DNA from: the human T2T-CHM13v2.0 reference genome, Homo sapiens
Direction: 5' to 3' (one strand)
DNA length: 64,000 nucleotides
Assembly (NCBI RefSeq): GCF_009914755.1
Contig: NC_060935.1
Within the stretch, counting starts at the first letter, position 1, and every line of letters begins with the position of its first letter. The translations under genes were made by a program, and so were the position numbers. A model generated the notes under the pieces. That model searched no databases. It worked only from the letters and a program-made list of their open reading frames with translations, and had not been told where the DNA came from. This document shows positions 1 through 11,068 of the stretch, in pieces.

Positions 1-343
<343 letters not shown>

Positions 344-740
344 TGAGGAGTGGCCTTGGAGGCAGGAGGAAGACAAGGAGAGGGTGGGGGCGCCAGCCCA
401 GGGAAGGAGGCATCTAGGCAGGGCCACAGCCAGTGGCCTCAGTTCTGCTAAGGGGCCAGTGGGGGTGGGGCGCTGGGTTTGCCCCCTCTGATTGAGGGCG
501 TTCAGCTGACCTTGGCTAGAGCAAAAGCCTCCCGAGGGAGAAAAGAGGTGGAGGCAGCACGGACAGCTTCATGAGGAGTTTTGCTGTAAAGAAAGCAGAG
601 AAATTGAAGGGTAGCCAGACAGAAACGTAAAGTCCAGGATTCCCTTCCTTTTAAAGAAGTAGCTGAATGTGTATATGCTGTTGGGTCTAAACCAGTAGGG
701 TGGGAAAAATTGATGATGGGGGTACTTCCTAGGATGATGT

Positions 741-1330
<590 letters not shown>

Positions 1331-1369
1331 TGGAATGATGTGCTTGAGCCTGAGGGTGGGGGTGGGCTA

Positions 1370-1934
<565 letters not shown>

Positions 1935-2232
1935 TCAAGGACATTCACTCACCTGTTGTTGTACAGTCCTGTAGGCCCCGCAGAACTTTAGTGACCCATG
2001 CAACTAGTTTGTCCTTAAGTGCCCAGCTTCCTGCCGTCTTTTGGGAGGACTCTGGGCAGTGGGCCGCTCCCATTGCCACATTCAGCAGCCTGTTTCAGGG
2101 ACCCAGGGTGGCAGGTGGCTGCTGGGAGCTCAGTTGCCACCTTTGGAGTGTGACCTTTGCTGGGGGACATTTCCTTGGCCAGCCCCCGTTCTGGCCTGAT
2201 GTTAACCTGTCGGGGTGGGGCTGTCTCCGCAG

Positions 2233-2351
2233 GACCTCCACAAAAAGTACTCGTACATCCGCAAGACCAGGCCTGACGGCAACTGTTTCTATCGGGCTTT
2301 CGGATTCTCCCACTTGGAGGCACTGCTGGATGACAGCAAGGAGTTGCAGCG
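2233..2351 (+). CDS. OTUB1: OTUB1 (otubain-1 deubiquitinase) coding exon 4, D74-R113, contains catalytic D88 (2275) and C91 (2284)
   Basis: cag|GAC...CG|gtgag; translates DLHKKYSYIRKTRPDGNCFYRAFGFSHLEALLDDSKELQR with the OTU DGNCFYRA motif. Confidence 0.98.
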
Positions 2352-2559
2352 GTGAGAAGGGTGGGCACTGGGCACCGAGGCAGGTGGGTGTCTACCTCCT
2401 CCCCGGGCGAGTAGGATGTGTCTCGAGTAGGGTGTCTCCCTCCTTCCCGGGCGATGGGCTGGACTCTGGCCTTGCCAGGCGGGGCAGTGCTGTCTCGGCC
2501 CTGGCGTCTGGGCTGGTCGAGGAGCCCATGCTGGGCCCGCCTTTCCATCCCACCCCCAG

Positions 2560-2644
2560 GTTCAAGGCTGTGTCTGCCAAGAGCAAGGAAGACCTGGTGT
2601 CCCAGGGCTTCACTGAATTCACAATTGAGGATTTCCACAACACG
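2560..2644 (+). CDS. OTUB1: OTUB1 coding exon 5
   Basis: cag|G TTC...ACG|gtgag; FKAVSAKSKEDLVSQGFTEFTIEDFHNT; phase matches previous exon. Confidence 0.98.
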
Positions 2645-2752
2645 GTGAGCCCTGGTGCCTGTCTTGGGCTGGGCCATGGGGGAGGGGTTCACCTGGTGAG
2701 GACCACCCATCTCCTCCCCGTCATCTTGCCCTTTCTCCCTCCGTGGCTGCAG

Positions 2753-2947
2753 TTCATGGACCTGATTGAGCAGGTGGAGAAGCAGACCTCTGTCGCCGAC
2801 CTGCTGGCCTCCTTCAATGACCAGAGCACCTCCGACTACCTTGTGGTCTACCTGCGGCTGCTCACCTCGGGCTACCTGCAGCGCGAGAGCAAGTTCTTCG
2901 AGCACTTCATCGAGGGTGGACGGACTGTCAAGGAGTTCTGCCAGCAG
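2753..2947 (+). CDS. OTUB1: OTUB1 coding exon 6
   Basis: cag|TTC...CAG|gtgcc; FMDLIEQVEKQ...VVYLRLLTSGYLQ...KEFCQQ. Confidence 0.98.
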
Positions 2948-3051
2948 GTGCCGTCCCCCTCCCCTTTACTCTCGGCCGGGGGAGTGCAGTGGGCCCACAG
3001 GGCCTGGGGCGGGGTGCGGAGACCAGGGCCTGACCGGCACCTGTGCCACAG

Positions 3052-3249
3052 GAGGTGGAGCCCATGTGCAAGGAGAGCGACCACATCCACATCATTGCGC
3101 TGGCCCAGGCCCTCAGCGTGTCCATCCAGGTGGAGTACATGGACCGCGGCGAGGGCGGCACCACCAATCCGCACATCTTCCCTGAGGGCTCCGAGCCCAA
3201 GGTCTACCTTCTCTACCGGCCTGGACACTACGATATCCTCTACAAATAG
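3052..3249 (+). CDS. OTUB1: OTUB1 last coding exon (7), catalytic H265 at 3226, stop TAG 3247-3249
   Basis: cag|GAG; EVEPMCKESDHIHIIALAQAL...LLYRPGHYDILYK*. Confidence 0.98.
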   Translation, partial: EVEPMCKESDHIHIIALAQALSVSIQVEYMDRGEGGTTNPHIFPEGSEPKVYLLYRPGHYDILYK

Positions 3250-3382
3250 GGCTGGCTCCAGCCCGCTGCTGCCCTGCTGCCCCCCTCTGCCAGGCGCTAG
3301 ACATGTACAGAGGTTTTTCTGTGGTTGTAAATGGTCCTATTTCACCCCCTTCTTCCTGTCACATGACCCCCCCCCATGTTTT

Positions 3383-3388
3383 ATTAAA
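3383..3388 (+). terminator. OTUB1: Candidate proximal OTUB1 poly(A) signal ATTAAA
   Basis: ATTAAA with upstream TGTA motifs and a downstream GT-rich tract (GTGTGTGCGTGT about 3409). Confidence 0.5.
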
Positions 3389-4092
3389 GGGGGTGCTGGT
3401 GGTGAGCCGTGTGTGCGTGTCCCTGCTCTGCTGCCCGCCTGGCTGCTCTGTCTGCTGCCCCCTCCCCCCAGGTGGGTCCCCCTGCTTTTCACCTATCTAC
3501 TCCTGAGCTTCCCCAACAGGAGCAGGTTTGAGGGGCCAGGCCTCTTGGAGGCCCCTCCTGCTTCGTTGGGTTCTGCTTCCTTCCCTTCTTAGCTGGCTCA
3601 GGGGCTTCTATGGGATCCTGGAAGTTCCTTAGGGACTTGCCCAGGGTCCCAGGGCCACCCACACTTCATCTGCTCCCTCATAGGCCCCACCTCCACGTCC
3701 CGGCTGGGCCCCAGACCCCAGCTTCCTGCCCTCCACCGGGAGTCTGCATGGTTGGGAGTCCTGGGTGGAGGGGCCTTTGTGAGGCTGGACCCGGCTCAGG
3801 GCAGGTGGAGGAGCTGGGCCTCCCACAGGGTGCCCGGGCAGTGCCATCCTGGTGGGGGAGGGCAGCCTTCAAACGTGTGGGGTCTACAGTCCTCAGGTCT
3901 AGGCAGGGCTGCCGGTTCTCCACCTCCCCATCCGCCCCAGGCCCCCTGCCTGTGCCTGCCTTGCACCCCCTCTGCTTGGGCCACGGTGTCTCTGCATTGC
4001 CTGCCTTTTTGCCTTCACCTCTTTTCTTCCCCGCCCCCTGCACATTCGGGGTCTCAGCCCCCAGGCTGTGAGCTCCTTGGGGGCAGGCCCTC

Positions 4093-4098
4093 AATAAA
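4093..4098 (+). terminator. OTUB1: OTUB1 poly(A) signal AATAAA
   Basis: Only canonical hexamer downstream of the CDS before MACROD1. Confidence 0.85.
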
Positions 4099-4257
4099 TG
4101 TGAACTGCTGCTGCCGCCTCTGCCGTCCGCCTGTGCCTCTGCCCGCCTGGCTCACCGAGAGCTCTTGCCAGCCCCTTTCAGTGAAAGCATCTGGCCAGGG
4201 GCTCCATCCAACACCTGGGCCGCCTTCCTTCCCCCCAGTCAGAGCTCAGACAGTAGG

Positions 4258-4390
4258 AGCTGCCACAACGAGATCTTTATTAGGCTCCTCGGGGGCGGGG
4301 CGCGGAGGGAAAGAAGGGGTGGCCAGGCCCAGGCCAGGCTGCAGGCTTTGGCGACCTCTCAGAGCTGGGAGCGGGGTCCCGAAGGCGGGT
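4258..4390 (-). other. MACROD1: MACROD1 terminal non-coding exon (3' UTR)
   Basis: Minus-strand acceptor ctctgctctgccctcag|ACCC at 4391/4390, followed by AATAAA; 3' end approximate. Confidence 0.75.
4276..4281 (-). terminator. MACROD1: MACROD1 poly(A) signal AATAAA
   Basis: TTTATT on + strand within the terminal exon. Confidence 0.85.
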
Positions 4391-4540
4391 CTGAGGGCAG
4401 AGCAGAGTCAGAGGTGTCTATGGGCGTCCCCGACCTCCCAGGCTGCCCCGTGGTTTCCCGCCCTGCTTGGGGGTGAGCGGGGGTTAGTGGGCGGGTTAGT
4501 CTAGGGCCGGGGCCGCCGCACGGGGCGAGGCCCTGCTTAC

Positions 4541-4575
4541 CAGTCCCGGTCAGGGTGGGCTGCGGGAGCCTCAGG
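4541..4575 (-). CDS. MACROD1: MACROD1 exon 10 (last two coding nt, stop TGA 4573-4571, then UTR)
   Basis: ccttccag|CC TGA ... CTG|gtaagc; completes ...HYFPVA*. Confidence 0.9.
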
Positions 4576-4657
4576 CTGGAAGGCAGAGGACAGTGAGAGC
4601 CCGCCCCCAGGGTGGACCGGGGCAGGGGCGGGCCGTGGGGCGGCGCGGGGCACGTAC

Positions 4658-4739
4658 CCACGGGGAAGTAGTGGGGGAGCCGGCTCCGGTAGATGTCCTC
4701 GTCCTTCTCGAGGAACACGCAGATGATCAGCCGGTCCAC
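4658..4739 (-). CDS. MACROD1: MACROD1 exon 9
   Basis: cag|GTG...G|gtacgt; VDRLIICVFLEKDEDIYRSRLPHYFPV. Confidence 0.96.
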
Positions 4740-5033
4740 CTGCGCCAGGGGCTGCTCAGCCTGGGCCGAGCTGCCACGCCTGGCCCCAGGATCCTGTGAC
4801 TGCCTGCCCTGGTGCAGGCTTTCACCTGCCTGGCCCTGCGCCCTTCACGGAGGCTCACGGCTGTGTGCCATCACCCCCATCTCGCCACCGCCAGGCGCCC
4901 TTGCGCAGGAGAAACAGGGAAGGAAGGGGCGGGCCTGGCCCTGCGCTCTGCACCCTGACTCCCTGGGCGATGATGGGGGCTGGTCACTCTGGCCGGGATG
5001 CGGACCCCACCCTCGCCCGGGCCCAGGACTCAC

Positions 5034-5107
5034 CTTGTCCTTGTGCTGCTCCAGCCACTCTCGCAGCGTGGCCAGCACGATCTCGGCGGCCGCCTCACAG
5101 GGGTAGC
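5034..5107 (-). CDS. MACROD1: MACROD1 exon 8
   Basis: cag|GC TAC...AAG|gtgagt; (G)YPCEAAAEIVLATLREWLEQHKDK. Confidence 0.96.
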
Positions 5108-5232
5108 CTGAGGCGGGTGGGGCGGGAGTGAGTCCTAGGCTCTGGCCCCGCCCACTCCCCTGTCCGCCCCGGCCCCTCCCGGCGTCTGGGTCCACCGCCC
5201 ACTCCTGGTCCTTGCCTTTCTTCCAGACTCAC

Positions 5233-5263
5233 CAAACACGCCGGTGGAGATGCAGGGGAACGC
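5233..5263 (-). CDS. MACROD1: MACROD1 exon 7 (31 nt), ADP-ribose-binding loop
   Basis: cag|GCG...G|gtgagt; AFPCISTGVF(G), macrodomain signature. Confidence 0.96.
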
Positions 5264-5344
5264 CTGGGCGGGGAGGGGTGAGAGGGGGTTGGAACATTGT
5301 CACTGCGCCCCGCCTCCCGCCCTCCCCCGCGGGCCGTCCCTCAC

Positions 5345-5466
5345 CACCGAGCGGAGCCGGTGCTCCAGCAGCAGGTCCAGACTGCTCAGGTAGCAGCTGC
5401 GGAGCTCGGCAGCCTGGCTGGCGCTGGGCTCCCCGTAGGCGATGGGCCCCACTGTGTGGATGACGT
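5345..5466 (-). CDS. MACROD1: MACROD1 exon 6
   Basis: tag|AC GTC...GTG|gtgagg; (Y)VIHTVGPIAYGEPSASQAAELRSCYLSSLDLLLEHRLRSV with the VIHxVGP macrodomain motif. Confidence 0.97.
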
Positions 5467-5929
5467 CTACGGGGGGCGATGGGGTCAGACCGGCGGGGGT
5501 CTACGCGGTCCTCAGCTCCCTCGCTTCCCCCTGCCGGCCTGGGCAGAAGGGGGCAGGAAACACCTTTCCCCCCAAGCGCTGAGCCTCCTCCGCGAAGGCC
5601 CCCACCCCTGTGGGCCCCCTCGAGCCCGAATCCGCACGCGCACAGAGCCCCGCGCCCCCTCCCCACATCTGTATGGGCCCGGCTGAGACCCGAGCGCGAG
5701 TGTGGGCGCGAAGGCGTTGCCCCCCAGCTCCATCCTCAGCCTCCACGCACGGTCTCCCCCATGTGCTTCCTGGGGTGTGCGGGGTGGGGGCCGGGTCTTG
5801 GCCCTTAAGGTTAAGAAGGGCCCCCTGAGGAGTTCCCCAGCACTCCTGTGGGGGCCGCACCCCTGATGTCCCAGTGACACACGGGCGCCCTGTCTGCGCC
5901 CCACAGCTGGGGGCGCGTCGGGGACTCAC

Positions 5930-6046
5930 ACTTGGCCGGGAGCCGATAGCCGCCGGTGATCTTGGCCTTGCCAGTCTTACAGCTCTGCAGGGTCCGGCAC
6001 TCGTCGGTAAGCAGGGGGCCGGCGGCCCGATGAATGCAGCCGTCCA
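5930..6046 (-). CDS. MACROD1: MACROD1 exon 5
   Basis: cag|TG GAC...AAG T|gtgagt; (V)[38 protein letters not shown]. Confidence 0.97.
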
Positions 6047-6282
6047 CTGCGGGAAGGGCGGGCGCGACTGAGCTGGCCTGGCAAGGCTGCGGCCCCGGGG
6101 TGAGCACCCTCAGTCCCGAGAAGCCCCTCGGCGATGCGAGGACCCATGCGGAGCCGCGCCCCAACCCCGTGGCCTCCGGCCGCGGCCGCTGCCCCCACCC
6201 CCGCCCGGAATGTTTCACATCTGGGGAAACCGAGGCGCAGAGCGGGACGGCCCTGGGCCTGGCGGGAAGTCGCGCAAGGAGG

Positions 6283-6296
6283 CCGGCAGGGGGCGC
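6283..6296 (+). promoter_or_regulatory. CTCF-like motif
   Basis: CCGGCAGGGGGCGC matches the CCRSYAGRKGGCRS core. Confidence 0.55.
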
Positions 6297-7559
6297 ACCC
6301 GGCCCACCCTGTCCCTTCCAGGCCGCGCCGCCAGGGCCCAGGCAGGGCGGCTCCGGGAGGCGGGGGCCGCCGGGACAGGAACCGCCGCCCGAGCCGGGGT
6401 GACGGGGAAGCTTCACCTTCCTCCCCGACGCCCCTCCCTAGCCCTGTCCCGGGCGCGCTGCAGGGCCCGCGACCAGTCGCTGCCTCCGCCCGGGCCTCAG
6501 CGTCGGTGCGATCCCAAGGCCCACCTCCCCAGGCGGCGCCCCATCACGGGGCGGCGGCAAACCCTAGGACCCATTTTGCGGATGAGGAAACCGAGGCCAC
6601 CTTGTTACAGGGTGATCAGATCTGTAGCTGGAGCCTGGGTCTTCCAGCCGCGCGGGGAGGTGAGCCCGACGCCCGGGCCCGAGTCTCCTGGCGCGCAAAC
6701 CCCAGCTGGTTAATGAACCGCCTCGTTAGCGCATCCAGCTTAATTACGGCCCCGCATGGGCTTGTTTATCCGAGGGCGGCTGCAGGGCCTCGCGAGCGAC
6801 CCTGGGGACCCGGGCGCAGATAAACAACCGGGGCGCAGCGGGAGGCATGGAGGAAACGCTCCAGCAGCCCAACCTCGCCAGGGCACCGCGCAGGAGAGGC
6901 GCGGCCTCAGGCAGGCCTGGGTCCAGCCCGGGCTCACCCCTCATCGGCTGTGAGATCCTGCCCCTTCCCCTCTCTGGCGTCCACCCTCTTATCTGGAATA
7001 CCGGGACAGCGACCCTCCCACAGAGGAAAACGCCGCGTGCTGGCCGGGAGGACAGGGCCCATCTTTGGCAGCTCTGATCGCCCACGCCAGGAGCTCCTCA
7101 GGCACCAGCTGCCTGGTGCTCACAGGCGGGCATCAAGAGAGGACCATCATTCCCCATTTTACAGATGGACAAACCAAGGCCACCTTCTCCTTCATCACCT
7201 CAGTCTCGGCACAGTTCCAGGGATGCCAGGTAGCTCACACCCCTTTCTTTTGCTGTTTGATCTCGTGCCCTGGGGGCACAATTAAACCTCATTCTGCAAC
7301 TTTACTCAGAGCTGGCACCAGGCAATTTCCCAGAGCGTCCCAGGGATGGGTGGGCAGAGAGGTTAGGGGAACGCTGAGAAGGGCTCAGGCCTGGATCCCT
7401 TCCACCTGCTCCTCTCCTCTGCAGGGAGAAAGGCAGCTGTAGCCCAGGGCGAGGCTGAGATGGAGCAAGAAGGCAGGGCCCAGAGCGGGCGTCCAGGCTG
7501 GAGCTCCCAGTGCTGGGAAGTGAGTGTTCCGAATGGGGTGCCGTGGCTGGGCTGTGGAG

Positions 7560-7750
7560 CTGGGCAACGTGAGTTCACATCCTGGCTCTGCCAGCCACAG
7601 ATGTGTGACCCCTCACATATCATTTAACCTCTCTGGGTCTCAGTTGCTCCATCTGGAAAATGGGATAATAGCACCCACCTCAGAGCTCATTGGGCTGTTG
7701 GAAGGATTGAGTTAAACTAACTTTGTAATGTGCTTAAGGCAGTGCTTGGC
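7560..7750 (+). mobile_element. MIR SINE
   Basis: TGTGTGACC...AACCTCTCTGGGTCTCAGTTGCTCCATCTGGAAAATGGGATAATAGCACC, MIR core. Confidence 0.75.
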
Positions 7751-8927
7751 AAGAATGGAGGTCATGAGTGTATCCTGTTATTAACAACAGTGTGACAGTG
7801 TGGGCATGTTCGGGTATGTGTACATCAGTGTGATGGGAGGTGGGTGCACACAGGGTGTTCACAGTGTGTGGGGGTGAGCCCAGGGATCTGTCTGAGCTGG
7901 CTCTCCTAGGAGCCTCCCGGGTCGAGCACCTGGCACCGGCTGCTCGAAGTCTCTGGGGGCTCACCGCCCTGCAGGCGACCTCGGCCAGCTGTGGGGGCCC
8001 GTGCGGGGAAGTGGAGCTCAGTGTTTCAGGAATTTAATGTTTCCTGCGGAAGTGGACTGGCCTGCAGCCAGGCCTTTGGGGCTGACCTGGGGGCGCAAGG
8101 GAGGTGGAGGGAGCTGGAATCAATGCTGGCAGAGGGCTCAGGCCAGATGCCCCCTCCTCACCCCCAGCAGTTCCAGAACAGGGCCTGGGCCAGGTGATGG
8201 CTCTGCAGGGGCCCCAGGGAGGGGCTCCCCTAAAGCAGAGATGAGGGACAGGTCACTGTCAGCCCACTGCTACCCCAACAAGCTAGAGTGCAGCCTGGCC
8301 CCTCTTGCCTGCGTGTCCCTCCCTGTCCACACACCAGCCTTCTCGCTCTCTCCCCTGAGAGTGCAGAGGGGAACCCCCCCACCCTGCTCTCCTTAGCCAT
8401 AGGCCCAAAGGACCCCTCCCACACACACTCCCAGAGTCCCCTTAGCTCTGCCCTCCAGGCCCTGTCCTGGCTCTTACCTGGGGCTAAGCTAGGTCCTAGA
8501 GACTCAAGCTTCCTGGGGTCCCATTCAGGGGAGATGCCCTTCCTTCCCTCTTCCCTCTTCCCACCCCACCCCAAGGCAGCTGGAAAAGACCAGCAGCCCT
8601 GATCCCTGGGGCTACCTGGTGGAGGTGGGGTATTCCCAGTTCACAGGAGCTGACCAACCCTTAGTCTCCTCTCCAGGGCCCTCAGCCACCAAAACAAACC
8701 TCCAGGCTCCAGCTCAACCCTCACCCCAAGTCAGCAGAAAACCTGGGGTCTTTCCTGGGGAGGCAGAGCCCACTTGGGTGGCGGGACCCCCCTGAGATGT
8801 TTCTCCATCAGGTCAAAGATGAAGCCTTCCTCCACCTGTGGCCAGAAGATGGCCCCTAAGGCCCCTCTGCCTCCTCCCTGCAGCCCCTTCTTCCCTCCAC
8901 CCTCCTCTACCGTTAAACTCCCCCTGA

Positions 8928-9267
<340 letters not shown>

Positions 9268-10479
9268 TAGCTGGTATGACTCACCCCCCATGGCCTTTGT
9301 CAGCCTTCTTGTTGGGTAAGCACCTGCGTGGTGATTTACAGCCGCTGTCTTATTATTTTTCCTGTTTATAGAAGAAGAAACTGAGGCACAGAGAGCAAAA
9401 CTTGCCCACACGGCTGGAAGGTTGGGCTCCCAACCTCAGTGGCTCTGCTTCCTCTGGGACCACTAAAGGGCCTCGCCCTGAACCACTCTGGCTGACTGGT
9501 TTGAATGGCCCCCTGTCCACGCTCTTGGGGAGGCAGTGTCTCCCCACATCAGCACGTCCCCTTCCAGCAGGGGGGCTGCCCTGGTGGCCTCTTGTTGCAC
9601 AGTGTTCTGAGGCCACTGTCTTTCTGGACGGTTTGGCTGCCCCCAGCGCTGACGGCTCCCTCCATCCAGCGGGACTTCCCGTCTCCTTTGTGGGCTCTCG
9701 TTCCTCAGGCCGCTCCTCAAATGCCACTGGGGCTCTGCCTGCCCTCGCCTGAGCCCGGAGGAACCTCTTTCTGCCCCAAGCCCTGGCCTCTGAGCGGCCC
9801 TTGACCCTCCGCCCCATCTTAGGCATCTCCCTGCTTTGCTGTGGTAAAGCCCTGCCTTCCAGCCTCCACGGCCAGCATTCAGCCCAGCATCTGTGCGCCT
9901 CCCATGGAAGGATGTTGTGGAAGGAAGGAGGGCTGGGCTGAGTGATTGCCCATGGCCCTGGGCATTCCTGGGGCAGTGGAGGGCACCAGGAGTGGGCAGT
10001 CCTCAGAGCCAGCAGAGGCGGAAGGCAGGCAGGCTCCGGTGGGGCCATCCGCCAAGGCGCTTAGGATGAGTTGGCCGCTATTTAGGGTGCTGTAATATGC
10101 ATGAAGGGAAGATTAGATATTTAAATTTATTCAGCAATAAATGCATCTCAGTGGGGGAGCATTCCTCATGCTAAACAAACAAGCAGGCAGGGGCTAATTA
10201 ATTATTTACAGGAACATAAGGAGGCCTGTGGCCCACGGGACCAGGAGGGCAGCTGTGCCCCTACCGAGGGCAGGGCACCCCAACCCGCAGGCCTGGACCT
10301 GCTCCTGGTCTCTCTCTGCTCCCCCATTCCCCCTACCATCCCGTGGGGCTGGCCCACGCTGTGCCCTCTTTGGGATTTCTCTTCCCAGAATTCCTGGCCA
10401 CGAGATTGCTGGTGGTTTGGGGCAAGTCACTTAACCTCTCTGAGTCTCAGAGCTCTGGCCTCCAGAGACTGGTGGGGGC

Positions 10480-10610
10480 TGGGAGGGGTGACTCATGCCT
10501 GTAATCTCAGCACTTTGGGAGGCTGAGGTGGGAGGGTCACTTGAGCTCAGGAGTTCGAGACCAGCCTGGACAACATAGTAAGACCCCATCTCAAAGAAAA
10601 GAAAAAAGAG
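10480..10610 (+). mobile_element. FLAM / Alu monomer
   Basis: CTCATGCCTGTAATCTCAGCACTTTGGGAGG...ACCCCATCTCAAAGAAAAG. Confidence 0.85.
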
Positions 10611-10705
10611 TGGTGGGGAGCACTGAGATATGCTGGGAGGTGTCAAGGGGGATGGGAGACTGAGGGCCAGGGGGGTTAAGCAACCTGTCCAAGGCCCCAC
10701 AGTGA

Positions 10706-11068
<363 letters not shown>

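Larger units (their letters stand above)
3250..4120 (+). other. OTUB1: OTUB1 3' UTR
   Basis: From the stop codon to just past AATAAA (4093-4098); exact cleavage site inferred. Confidence 0.8.
4300..7050. promoter_or_regulatory. Intragenic CpG island over MACROD1 3' exons and adjacent intron
   Basis: Very high GC with dense CpG/CGCG, peaking about 6050-6950. Confidence 0.8.

Noticed and set aside
2015-2905. 296-aa minus-strand ORF
   Set aside because: Antisense shadow of GC3-rich OTUB1 coding exons; no recognisable domain.
8470-8485. Minus-strand CCCCAG|GTAAGA as a possible recursive splice site in MACROD1 intron 4
   Set aside because: The upstream polypyrimidine tract is poor, and the intron is short for recursive splicing.
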